Below, piece after piece: positions 20,216 to 29,486 of a stretch of DNA of 64,000 nt. The stretch lies in contig OZ246414.1 of assembly GCA_965231125.1 (NCBI GenBank), positions 576,137 through 640,136 on the forward strand. Reading direction: 5' to 3'. Source of the stretch: an uncultured Gammaproteobacteria bacterium. GTDB taxonomy: Bacteria; Patescibacteriota; Microgenomatia; Woykebacterales; RBG-16-39-9b. The notes below the pieces were generated by a model. It worked only from the letters and a program-made list of their open reading frames with translations. It did not search any database and had not been told where the DNA came from. The position numbers and the translations under genes are program-made. The first letter of the stretch is position 1. The number at the start of each line of letters is the position of its first letter.

Positions 20216-20911
20216 CTAATCGAGGAATTTGAAGGTTGAGACTATTTGATCAAGAATTTTATCAGCTTCTGTGTCTTTTTCTTTCCATTCACCATATATA
20301 AGGAAACTTGTTCCATTTACACTCAGTTGTATTGTAGAATAAGTTGGTACGGATGTAGTAGGTTTAGACCCATTCTCACTTAAGTTAATTAAAATCCAAT
20401 AACTCTTTTTGCTTGAAATTCCAGAAACTATTACATCTACTTCTTTTGGTTCGGAGTAAGAACCAATAAAACTTCCACGTCTAATTACTTTAAGGATCCT
20501 ATTGTTTGCCGAATCTTGTAAGATAATCTCAGGCTCTTGGTTGCTTTGGCTAATATAACCTGTCCCTTCTTTATACTCACCAACATACACTCCTTTATCG
20601 TCCTCACTAACAGTCCAGTTGGAAGGATATTTCAAACTTAAATTAACTAGTTTCCCCTCGTAGGTTTTCCAATCAGCAGTTTCGTCTTTGGTTGCTGGTG
20701 GTGAAGTTTGGGGTGCTGGGTTAGCCGAGGAAGTACTTGTCTTGGTAGTTGTGGGAGTTGATTCTTTCGGTTTAGCTTGATAAGCGTTGTAGACAAGAAA
20801 GCCTCCACCTACCAAAGTGGCACCTACAACAACACCGATAAGGATATTTTTCCAATTGATTCCTTGAGACATTTGCTGATTTGGATTTGACTGGGTAGGA
20901 ATTTCAGGCAT
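20216..20911 (-). CDS. Membrane-anchored secreted protein (PsbP-like fold, CPR-type)
   Basis: TM helix, Thr/Pro linker, ADWKTY...LKYPSNW, ILDQIVSTFKF end. Confidence 0.7.
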   Translation of the reverse strand: MPEIPTQSNPNQQMSQGINWKNILIGVVVGATLVGGGFLVYNAYQAKPKESTPTTTKTSTSSANPAPQTSPPATKDETADWKTYEGKLVNLSLKYPSNWTVSEDDKGVYVGEYKEGTGYISQSNQEPEIILQDSANNRILKVIRRGSFIGSYSEPKEVDVIVSGISSKKSYWILINLSENGSKPTTSVPTYSTIQLSVNGTSFLIYGEWKEKDTEADKILDQIVSTFKFLD

Positions 20912-21051
20912 TAAGTTTAATATAAAGGTTAGGTTGCTGGGTTGTCAACAATTGTTGTTACGTTACTCAAAAAGCGACCTAAATCCGAGTTTTTGCTTTC
21001 GTTAGTGTAAAGGACTTTGCGAACCTGACTCCTTTATGTTTTGCAAAGGAT

Positions 21052-21702
21052 TTGGCTATAATTAAAGTAATGATTGATGATGGGGTAGCAAACAAAGAAA
21101 AGGCTCGTTCAGAGGGGCTTAGGAAGGCACTCGAGGTTAAGATGTCCCAGTTTCCGACAATTACCCACGCTTCCCCTCACAAAGAGGAGATTGACAACTG
21201 GATTATTGAAAAGAGATGGAGTAGCCGAGCTATTGTAAACGAGCTGTACTCAAAGTATCCAAATGAAACTCACCCTAGCCCTGTCTCAGTTGATAACTAT
21301 CGCAAGAAATACTTAGACCAAAATCCTGATGTTGGTTCCATTATGAGAAGTGGCAGCCGAGAGCTTGCCAACAAGTTCCTCGCCCTCGGTGAGGATTACT
21401 ACAGCTTTACCAAAAACGTGGTGACGCTTAACAAAAACACCTATGAAAGAGCGAATATCGGAGCTGACGAGGAAATAGCTAGTGGTCTGCAATCAGAGCT
21501 GAGAAGTAAGTCGATCAGAGACTATGTTGAAGTTAGTAAACTTTTGGTGGTGGTTATGCAAACTGTCGGTATACCTCGACCAATCGAGGAGGCGTTAGAT
21601 ACGGCAGAAGTCGAGGTAGTTAAAAATGACATTGATTGGGAAAAAAGGTTAGATGAGATAAAAACTGTTTTTGAAAAGTCAGCTAAACGTGGTTACACGT
21701 AG
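21052..21702 (+). CDS. Hypothetical protein with possible phage-type HTH (DUF3486/terminase small subunit-like)
   Basis: PHKEEIDNWI...SRAIVNEL...SPVSVDNYRKKY; family assignment is an inference. Confidence 0.5.
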   Translation: MAIIKVMIDDGVANKEKARSEGLRKALEVKMSQFPTITHASPHKEEIDNWIIEKRWSSRAIVNELYSKYPNETHPSPVSVDNYRKKYLDQNPDVGSIMRSGSRELANKFLALGEDYYSFTKNVVTLNKNTYERANIGADEEIASGLQSELRSKSIRDYVEVSKLLVVVMQTVGIPRPIEEALDTAEVEVVKNDIDWEKRLDEIKTVFEKSAKRGYT

Positions 21703-21818
21703 ATTTCCCCCAAAGGTACAGCTAATCCAGAAAAGATGAGATCAGAGAGTGGTATTTCTTGCATATTGCTTATTTGTTGTGTTAATCTAAGTGTAGAAAA
21801 CTTAATAGCCCCATAAGA

Positions 21819-21888
21819 TAGATAAATTCCTTTAGATAAAATTCCATAGATAAATTTCGGACATAACTGTCCTTGAGATAAATTGATC
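21819..21888 (+). repeat. Five 14-bp units, consensus TAGATAAATTCC
   Basis: Units start at 21819, 21833, 21847, 21861 (degenerate) and 21875. Confidence 0.8.
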
Positions 21889-21981
21889 GTTAGATCACTT
21901 AAACTCTGGGGCAGTTTTTTTGTTGCAAAATTTCACTCGGGTTGAAATCTGCGGCTTCCCGAGTGGCCGCAGTTTTTAGTT

Positions 21982-22170
21982 ATGATGAGCTTATCAAGAG
22001 CAAGAAAAATACTAGGTAAAAAGTACTCTCACTTAACAAATGAGGAAATCGAAATGTTGCTGACTAAAACCTATCCCTTGGCTGATATGGTAACCAACCT
22101 GATTGCTAAAAAGGTGTTCGAAAGTCGCGTTAGGATTATTGACTCTGAGAAGGGAAGGACAGATGATTAA
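21982..22170 (+). CDS. Small protein translationally coupled to the recombinase
   Basis: 62 aa; stop overlaps the recombinase start region. Confidence 0.65.
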   Translation: MMSLSRARKILGKKYSHLTNEEIEMLLTKTYPLADMVTNLIAKKVFESRVRIIDSEKGRTDD

Positions 22171-23797
22171 GCCTGAAGGCAAAAAGATGAAAGCAATAAT
22201 CTACTGTCGGGTTTCCACCGAGGAACAAGTTAAGGGCTATAGCTTGGATTTCCAAGAAAAACAGAGCCTAGAATACGCTGAAAGAAACGGATTTGAAGTA
22301 TTGAAGGTTTTTGTTGAGGAAGGAGAATCAGCCAAAGTTATCAGTCGGACTAAGTTAACTGAACTTCTCAATTTTTGCAAGGAAAACATAGGTCAAATTG
22401 ATGTTCTAATCGTCCACAAGTTAGATAGATTTGCCCGAAACCAACAAGACCACCAAGCCATAAGGGCGATACTTGCTCAATATGGCGTAATACTTCGTTC
22501 CGCCACCGAACCAATAGACGATACGCCCGTAGGGAAACTTATGGAAAATTTCCTCTCCTCTATTGCTCAATTTGATAATGATATTAGGGCTGAAAGAGTA
22601 ACTCTTGGTATGAAGGAGAAGCTAAAACAGGGTTTGTGGGCCTTTGTGGCCCCCTTAGGCTATAAAAACGTGGTTGTCAACAAAGTTAGTACCATTGTTC
22701 CTGATGAAAAGATTGCACATTTAATTAAAAGGCTATTTGAGGAGTATGCAACTGGTTTACATACCTATGAAAGTTTAGCTAATTTTATGACTAAGCTCGG
22801 TCTTAGGACTAAAAAAGGAAGTAAATTGTCTAAACAGACAATACAAAAGATTTTAGTTAATAAACTTTATGTCGGGATTATAGATGTTCCAAGTTTGGAC
22901 ATTGTAGACATTGAAGGAAAATTTGAGGCTATTATCAGCAAGGACCCTTTTTATAAAGTACAGCGTTTAAGAGAAGGTAAGGGATTTACCCAAGAACATA
23001 GGCTTAGAATACACCCAGATTTTATCCTGAGACGCTCTTTACTTTGTCCAAAATGCCGAAAGTCTCTTACAGGTAGTTGGTCAAAAGGCAAAAGTAAAAG
23101 ATACGCCTATTATCACTGCACAACAAAGGGTTGTCCACTAAGATCAATACCTAAGAAGGACATTGATAAGACTTTTCTGGCCCTGCTCAAGGCGACTAAA
23201 CCTACAGGCGAATATATAAAGCTCTTTAAGGAAGTTGTAAGGGAAGTTTGGCAAAAGAAGTATGATGAGAAGTTCAAAGAGGTTAAAAGATTGGAGTATG
23301 AGTTGGCACAGATTAGGGAGCTGAAAGACGCCCTAATTGAACAAAACGCTAAAAGGGTACTTGAGGACAATGATTTCAAGGAGAAAATTAGGAAAGTTAA
23401 TGATGAAATTGCTCACAAAGAATTGGTAAGAAACGAAGCTAGAACAGATGAGGTAGATATAGAATTGGTCTTAAACCTTGCCGAAACAATACTTACAAAC
23501 GTCTCCATTATTTGGTTAGAAGCTCCCTTGGAACACAAAGTGAGGTTTCAACAGCTTCTTTACCCGAAAGGTGTGATCTATAACAACGGAGTTATTGGAA
23601 CTCTGGAATTAGGTTTACCATTCAAGATAATTAGCGAAGCTCGTGGTGAAAAGTCTGAAATGGTGGGCAAGGGGGGACTCGAACCCCCAAGGCTTTACAG
23701 CCAACGGATTTTAAGTCCGTCGCGTATACCAGTTCCGCCACTCGCCCCAAAATTGCTAAATCCCGTTGCGTATACCACTAGCTTACAAACCGATTGA
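22163..23797 (+). CDS. Large serine recombinase (resolvase + recombinase + Zn-ribbon + coiled coil)
   Basis: IYCRVSTEEQ, HKLDRFARN, APLGY, CPKC..YYHC; last ~45 codons are tRNA antisense and host flank. Confidence 0.95.
   Translation: MIKPEGKKMKAIIYCRVSTEEQVKGYSLDFQEKQSLEYAERNGFEVLKVFVEEGESAKVISRTKLTELLNFCKENIGQIDVLIVHKLDRFARNQQDHQAIRAILAQYGVILRSATEPIDDTPVGKLMENFLSSIAQFDNDIRAERVTLGMKEKLKQGLWAFVAPLGYKNVVVNKVSTIVPDEKIAHLIKRLFEEYATGLHTYESLANFMTKLGLRTKKGSKLSKQTIQKILVNKLYVGIIDVPSLDIVDIEGKFEAIISKDPFYKVQRLREGKGFTQEHRLRIHPDFILRRSLLCPKCRKSLTGSWSKGKSKRYAYYHCTTKGCPLRSIPKKDIDKTFLALLKATKPTGEYIKLFKEVVREVWQKKYDEKFKEVKRLEYELAQIRELKDALIEQNAKRVLEDNDFKEKIRKVNDEIAHKELVRNEARTDEVDIELVLNLAETILTNVSIIWLEAPLEHKVRFQQLLYPKGVIYNNGVIGTLELGLPFKIISEARGEKSEMVGKGGLEPPRLYSQRILSPSRIPVPPLAPKLLNPVAYTTSLQTD
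23661..23747 (-). tRNA. tRNA-Leu(TAA)
   Basis: Long variable arm; ACGGA-CTTAAAA-TCCGT. Confidence 0.97.
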
Positions 23798-23911
23798 AAT
23801 TATACTTTTTTTAAGCCCGAATATCAATAAGTTGAAGAGCTTAAGAATTTTTAGTACATCTTGACGCACTCTGCCAACAGCTGTTATGCTTTTAATATAA
23901 ATTTCTTTTCA

Positions 23912-25243
23912 ATGTCCAAGGTAGATTTAAGAAAGAACCTAATCAGTATAATTGGTATAGTAATACTCTTTATCCTCATTGTAATTACTGTAGTAAGCGC
24001 TCTAAATACAAAAGGTAACGTAATTTCATCACCCAACATTGGTGCCTCACAAACCTATGTCCCGTCGCTAGCTGGGCCGTGTTGGCCGCTTGGAAATGCA
24101 GTTAAGGACAACGTTTTAAGTGATAGGGATGCTGTAGCAATATTAGACCATATCGCCGGAATTAATTCATACTCTTCACTCTGGGACCGCCTCAGTGCCG
24201 ATGTTAATGTTGATGGCCAAATTACTGCGGTTGATGTAGCGTTAATTAGACAATACTTAGCAGGTAGGATCAACACTTTTCCTGGATGCCACACACTAGC
24301 TGCGTCGGTCAGACAACTGCATTTTCCCTATGTTTTGCTTTCCGGTACAAGCGGGATGACATTACGTGCGCCTATTACAATTAACGGCGGTGATATCATT
24401 TCACCTGGTATTCTTAATTGTGATGCTACGGCCTTCTCCCCCAGCATCTGTACCGCCAACTTAGGGGAAGTTATATTCGCACGCGAAACTCTAGGTGAAG
24501 GAGGTCAGCAGACTACTTGGGGCGGATCGTCTCAAATTCTCCAAAAAACAACCACAAGAGTCATATACGCCTTCCCCTTGCCAGATGATAACCGCAATCC
24601 ATATAATCCATTTGGAACATATTGGAAAGCTCAAGCTGAAGCTGGTGGTACGTTGCAGGATTTTACCTGTGACGGGAAGGTAAGCTTAGGACCAATATAC
24701 ATTAGTAGAAGGATGACCCTTAAAACAGGTTGTAAATTAACCGTAACGGGCCCAATTTGGGTAAATGAACGAGTCGACATGCAAACAGGATCGGTAATTA
24801 AGCTTTCGAAAACCTGCTCTGCAAGTACAGTTTTTGTTTCTGGAGCGCGAGAAGTGAGTCCAGGCAGGTTAGGCTCTCCCCTTCCATTTCGTACCATCCA
24901 CTATCCGAACCCAAGAGCCGGCCATAATTTTCATATTTTTGCGACGGGGACTCGCCCCAATAAGTACATACTTTTCATAAATTACAGTAAAGGGCAGCCT
25001 GCCTTTGATTTAGATGGTGCAAATTACACGGCAGACAACGTTTACCAAGGAATATTTTATGCTCCAAACGGAACAATTAAGGTGGCTAATCAGTTTGGTT
25101 ACTCTATTGCCCACAAAGCCACTTTCACCGGTGCTCTCTACGCAAATTTTTACAGAGGTGCGGATAGTCTCAATATTGGTGCAGGAACTGTCATCAACTA
25201 CCCAAACAACATTAATAGTCTGTCTCTATCTAACTGTAAGTAA
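23912..25243 (+). CDS. Membrane-anchored protein with dockerin-type domain and beta-rich C-terminus
   Basis: TM helix; GNAVKDNVLSDRDAVAILDHIAG and ADVNVDGQITAVDVALIRQYLAG duplicated dockerin motifs. Confidence 0.75.
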   Translation: MSKVDLRKNLISIIGIVILFILIVITVVSALNTKGNVISSPNIGASQTYVPSLAGPCWPLGNAVKDNVLSDRDAVAILDHIAGINSYSSLWDRLSADVNVDGQITAVDVALIRQYLAGRINTFPGCHTLAASVRQLHFPYVLLSGTSGMTLRAPITINGGDIISPGILNCDATAFSPSICTANLGEVIFARETLGEGGQQTTWGGSSQILQKTTTRVIYAFPLPDDNRNPYNPFGTYWKAQAEAGGTLQDFTCDGKVSLGPIYISRRMTLKTGCKLTVTGPIWVNERVDMQTGSVIKLSKTCSASTVFVSGAREVSPGRLGSPLPFRTIHYPNPRAGHNFHIFATGTRPNKYILFINYSKGQPAFDLDGANYTADNVYQGIFYAPNGTIKVANQFGYSIAHKATFTGALYANFYRGADSLNIGAGTVINYPNNINSLSLSNCK

Positions 25244-25370
25244 AATTCAAAAATTTGGTTGGAAATTCAATAAAATTATATGGCTGGCGTTGGTTGAGGA
25301 TTTCCGAAACGCCAAATGGTTTGAAATTATACCTTATCCTGGTTTAGTTTATCAAAAATCCCAAGATTTG

Positions 25371-26006
25371 CTAGCTAAGTTTAAACAAATCAACTAGTGA
25401 AGTACCGCGAGCTTTAAAGTTACCGTACTGTTTATTCTTTTGATGAAGAGCTGCTGTAGATGCATTACTTTTTCTAAAAAACTCTTTATCTTTGAAGGCC
25501 AAATTGACCGGACAAGCACCTTGACCTTTGACAAAAACAGAATTTCGTAGCTCACAACACATTTCATCAAATTTATCAAAGTTTTCATCAGTAAACCCCA
25601 AAGTTACGATTTTACCTTTGTTAAGCTCTCCCATAACCCCTTTCTCGTCAAAATATCTAAATTTGTAAGCTTTGTATAGAACTTCCAACAAACCTTGATA
25701 GTGCTTTAAGGGCTTGAGGGTTAGGTTGTTCTCTTTCATAGTGGGTTCAATTATCTTAAAGATCTCTACTAGAATATGCTTATCTTCGATTTTCAGTTCT
25801 TTTATGGTTTTTTCATCAAAAAGCTCGTAAATTTTTAACTTCAAATACTGCTCCGCTGCTTGCTCTGCAATTGCTATCCCGGGTATTCGGAAGTTATTTA
25901 AGAGTAAAGAACGGGCTGCTAGGTAGTTACTATCCGCGAAAAAAAGGTAATTTTCTCTGGCAAAAAGGTTGTTTTGCAACATATTTTCGACCCGACTCTC
26001 AGGCAT
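25371..26006 (-). CDS. HEPN-domain protein
   Basis: ADSNYLAARSL...AEQAAEQYLK...H.L...RY pattern. Confidence 0.65.
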   Translation of the reverse strand: MPESRVENMLQNNLFARENYLFFADSNYLAARSLLLNNFRIPGIAIAEQAAEQYLKLKIYELFDEKTIKELKIEDKHILVEIFKIIEPTMKENNLTLKPLKHYQGLLEVLYKAYKFRYFDEKGVMGELNKGKIVTLGFTDENFDKFDEMCCELRNSVFVKGQGACPVNLAFKDKEFFRKSNASTAALHQKNKQYGNFKARGTSLVDLFKLS

Positions 26007-26009
26007 GGT

Positions 26010-26258
26010 TTAAAAATGGGGAATTCCAATACCTTCTGGGGGACCCAAAGCCCACCTATATATAAAAACCTGAATGACTACCCAAACAATATAACCTAAC
26101 ACTGATTCTTTCAGTTCATCTTCTGCAATTAGTATTGGGGCCGCAAGCCAAAAAGTATAAAAAATTATTAATAACATTTTTACCCAATCCCCATCGCCAA
26201 TCAACCATAAAGCAATAAAGAAAGAAAGAAATAGAAAAAATAATTTACTAATGTTCAT
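26010..26258 (-). CDS. Small membrane protein
   Basis: 82 aa, three hydrophobic segments. Confidence 0.5.
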   Translation of the reverse strand: MNISKLFFLFLSFFIALWLIGDGDWVKMLLIIFYTFWLAAPILIAEDELKESVLGYIVWVVIQVFIYRWALGPPEGIGIPHF

Positions 26259-26346
26259 AATATATATTTGTTTATATTAAATCCCTTCCATGTTAATAAG
26301 TCATGCACATCTTGGCTGAGAATGTAGGTCAATACCACAACTGTCG

Positions 26347-26829
26347 TTATAATTGACAGAATCTGGAAATTAAGAAAATAACATATAGTATGGCTATCAT
26401 TAATATCAAAACGTAAGAAGCCCCCGCGGTTCGTGGCCAACCAACTATTTTATTCTTCTTTTCGTTTCCCTTGGCAATAGGATCTAACTGGCTAACTTTT
26501 TTTGAATCTGCACCCTCCAACAAATGTTCTTCTTCTATTTCTCTTGCCGAATCAATCCAATGATCAATCCATTGAAACCCACGAAGAGTCATAGTAAACC
26601 ACAAGTAGCATGATATCAGTCCGGCAATTGGAAGAAAAGTTATAACTATCGAGGGGAATGGATCCTTATATGTAAAGCCAATGGCTGCTATAAGAATGGA
26701 ATTAAAAACTAATAAAGCGTTATATCTACTCCACAAAATCTCACTTTCAGAAGTATTCTTGTTAATAGCAATTTGATACTTAGCCACGGATTTTTCAATT
26801 CTCTCTTTATCAGTATCCATATGTTGCAA
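26347..26829 (-). CDS. 3-TM membrane protein
   Basis: WSRYNALLVFNSILIAAIG, IAGLISCYLW, C-terminal TM. Confidence 0.65.
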   Translation of the reverse strand: MQHMDTDKERIEKSVAKYQIAINKNTSESEILWSRYNALLVFNSILIAAIGFTYKDPFPSIVITFLPIAGLISCYLWFTMTLRGFQWIDHWIDSAREIEEEHLLEGADSKKVSQLDPIAKGNEKKNKIVGWPRTAGASYVLILMIAILYVIFLISRFCQL

Positions 26830-27060
26830 TTTAGTAATAAAAAATGCCCCACCCGGGGCATTACCGAAATTATACCAAACAGTTTTCTGGAAGACAAGCG
26901 TGTGGTTTCAGAGGTGCACAATCTGGCTGGCGGTTTACGAAAAATGTCGAACTTCATTTGATTAGCTCGGCCTTCGGCCTCGCTTGCTCCAGCGCGGCGA
27001 CCCCACCCGCCGCGCCCCCGCTATTTTTTGCGCGCGCGATTTTCTCGCCCTTCGGGCGAG

Positions 27061-27585
27061 CTAGGGTTTAAGCAATTTAATTACGCCGTCTACTCCTAGC
27101 TTTAGCACCGCAAGATTTGCAAGTTTATTTCCCTCTTGCTCATGGGAATAAAATTTTGGATTAAATGCTGTATGAATAACTCTTTCGAGATATTTAAAAT
27201 GATCATCTTCGCTCATAGTTATTGCAGCAACTGAATGCCCATGTAAGATTGGCAGAAAAAGCTCTAGGTTATTTGCTACTATACCGTCTCTTTCTTCACC
27301 AAATTTACCTTCTGGTGCAAATGGATAAGCATATTCTTCAAATGCGATGTTCTTGTTTTGAAGAAAACTTTTTGCTTTCGTCAAACATTCTTCTTTTGTA
27401 ATTCTGAAAATAATTTCTGGCTCAAAGAAAAAATGAAATTTTGGATCATCTTTGAGTGTGTGGTCGTATAGTTCTTTAACCAACGCTTTTAATTTTGGAA
27501 CATCACTAGTATTGACAGCGTTACCATTCAAAATTGGTACATAATTTTTTATATGTATAGTTTTAATATCCATATATATTTTCAA
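27061..27585 (-). CDS. Hypothetical protein (island cargo)
   Basis: 174 aa AT-rich ORF. Confidence 0.6.
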   Translation of the reverse strand: MKIYMDIKTIHIKNYVPILNGNAVNTSDVPKLKALVKELYDHTLKDDPKFHFFFEPEIIFRITKEECLTKAKSFLQNKNIAFEEYAYPFAPEGKFGEERDGIVANNLELFLPILHGHSVAAITMSEDDHFKYLERVIHTAFNPKFYSHEQEGNKLANLAVLKLGVDGVIKLLKP

Positions 27586-27657
27586 GAGACATAATAGATT
27601 TCATGCTATTCCTAGTTTCCTAGGATTAACAATGGAAAAGTGCCAATAAGTGTAAAC

Positions 27658-28107
27658 TTATTTTGAAAGAAGATCTTTAATTCTTTTTTCTATTTCCTCG
27701 CGTTTGATCTTTTCCAGTTTCGCCTCGTTTCTAACAGCTTTTAGGCCTTCACCTCTTAACGTGTCAGAATCTAATATACTTGCCTTCATCCTACAATAAT
27801 CCGCATATAAGGAAGAATTGTAATCTTGCCAATCGTCTTGAATTCGTTGCAAGATTTTTTTGTCAAATTTATATCTTTCAATACTCCTTGCATAATCATC
27901 AACAAAGCTACGCAAGTCCTTTAATTCTTTAGACCACATTTCTACGTCTTGTTTGTAAATCTTAGTGTCCTCTTTCGAGTTATCGGGATCTTCTGAGTCC
28001 TTTTTTGCTCGCTCTATGTATTCTTCTAGTTCTTTTTCAGTAACTTGATACCAATATTTGTTGATGTCGTCTGGATTTTCAAATGGTCCGAATATTCCGT
28101 CGGTCAT
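27658..28107 (-). CDS. Hypothetical charged coiled-coil protein (island cargo)
   Basis: 149 aa, rich in E/K/D. Confidence 0.6.
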   Translation of the reverse strand: MTDGIFGPFENPDDINKYWYQVTEKELEEYIERAKKDSEDPDNSKEDTKIYKQDVEMWSKELKDLRSFVDDYARSIERYKFDKKILQRIQDDWQDYNSSLYADYCRMKASILDSDTLRGEGLKAVRNEAKLEKIKREEIEKRIKDLLSK

Positions 28108-28237
28108 ATTACTCGTATTCTATCAATTTTTTCACAAAATTACTATAGAAATAGATAGTATCTCGCAAACCCTTGACACAAAAGAAAAACTATTTATAAT
28201 TGGTTCAAATATATACCTCTACGACTTGAAAGTAACT

Positions 28238-29101
28238 ATGACCAAAGATGAAGTTATAAATAAACTTAAAGAGTTAGCTATTAAATTACATACTCCTCGA
28301 TTAAGGCAGAAGGATATTCGATCAGTTAAAAGATTGGAATATTACATTTCAATTCATTTTAAGAAACTTGCACCTGCATTAAAAGCTGCCGGCCTGGACC
28401 CTACACCCTTAGCTGTCAAAATGAGCATTTCTGATAAAGAGTTACTTAGTTATCTTTTGGGGCTTGGAAAGAAAATTGGAAAAAAGCCGACTGTTATGGA
28501 CGTCAAGAGGGATGGTAGGTTTTCAGAAAAAATTTTTAAGAGGTTTGGGAATATCAAAAAGGCTTATGAACTAGCAACTAACGAATCCAAATCACAAACA
28601 ACCAAAGATGACAAAGAAGTATATTTAGTAGAATTTCCAAACAGACCAGTATTTTGGGGAAGGGCAGCAGAAATGTACATCGTAGCCGAGTTGATGTATC
28701 GAGGTTATAACTCAAGTCTTTTACCGGTTGATTTAGGAGTGGATGTCATTGCAATCAAAGATAGCAAAACTTTCTATTTCCAGGTTAAAAATATTTCTTT
28801 CGATAAAGTAGCAAGTAGAACTATTCCAATTACAACTAGTTCCTTCTCAAAAAATCAAAGCAGCAATATGTTCTATGTTTTTGTACTTCAACGCGGCCAA
28901 GGGAAAAATGTTCTTTTTCTTCCTTATCAGAAGATGCACGAACTCATTAACAAAAGCCTTATTTTGTTTAATAAAGAGAATAAAGATTTTTCGATATGTA
29001 TCTCTTTGAATGACAAGGTAGTAAATATTCATACACCCTCAGAAAGAACCAAGTTCGAAGACGTCTCTAGTTATCTTGATGATTGGGATGTAATTGTTTA
29101 A
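28238..29101 (+). CDS. PD-(D/E)xK nuclease with N-terminal homing-endonuclease-associated repeats
   Basis: Two KDEVI..L..LA/KELLSYL...KKPT...KRFG repeats; GRAAEMYIVAELMYRGY..GVDVIA..FQVK. Confidence 0.75.
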   Translation: MTKDEVINKLKELAIKLHTPRLRQKDIRSVKRLEYYISIHFKKLAPALKAAGLDPTPLAVKMSISDKELLSYLLGLGKKIGKKPTVMDVKRDGRFSEKIFKRFGNIKKAYELATNESKSQTTKDDKEVYLVEFPNRPVFWGRAAEMYIVAELMYRGYNSSLLPVDLGVDVIAIKDSKTFYFQVKNISFDKVASRTIPITTSSFSKNQSSNMFYVFVLQRGQGKNVLFLPYQKMHELINKSLILFNKENKDFSICISLNDKVVNIHTPSERTKFEDVSSYLDDWDVIV

Positions 29102-29175
29102 GTTCTTTAAAATTTTTGCGTTTTTTTCTTTTTAATCCCGATTTCATCGGGATTGTTCGAGCCGACAGTTTGGGA

Positions 29176-29388
29176 GGCGCGGCGGGTGGGGTCGCCGCGC
29201 TGGAGCAAGCGAGGCCGAAGGCCGAGCTAATCAAATGAAGTTCGACATTTTTCGTAAACCGCCAGCCAGTAAAGAGAAGAAAGAGGTTGGGAGGTAGCGC
29301 TTTCCGCGCCTTTACCCTGAGGAACGTAGGGCGCCTCCGCGGAAAGCGCGTCAAATCCGCCTTTTTTGAAACTTGCGGACAGCCGCCG
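29176..29388 (-). repeat. Inverted composite copy of both island ends (rejoined attP)
   Basis: 29263-29388 is the reverse complement of 30882-31007; 29176-29269 is the reverse complement of 26923-27016. Confidence 0.95.
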
Positions 29389-29486
29389 TAAAAAGAAGGA
29401 AGAAAAACGCAAAAAATTGTGCTTCTTGAAAGAAGCCCTGCTCACTATCGTTCGCTTAAAGAACTTTTAAGAGATAAGATAGAAAT

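Larger units (their letters stand above)
20083..23666. mobile_element. About 3.6 kb serine-recombinase island at the 3' end of tRNA-Leu(TAA)
   Basis: Core TGGTGG at 20083 and 23661; the recombinase ORF runs into the tRNA; an in-frame alternative C-terminus follows 20083. Confidence 0.75.
25281..26922. mobile_element. Integrase-less remnant island tandem to the tRNA-Gln island
   Basis: Begins TGGCTGGCG, the same core as 26924 and the tRNA-Gln end, followed by a tail WLALVEDFRN... Confidence 0.6.

Noticed and set aside
29227-29445. 72-aa minus-strand ORF as an independent gene
   Set aside because: It is the translation of the inverted attP copy; no evidence of separate expression
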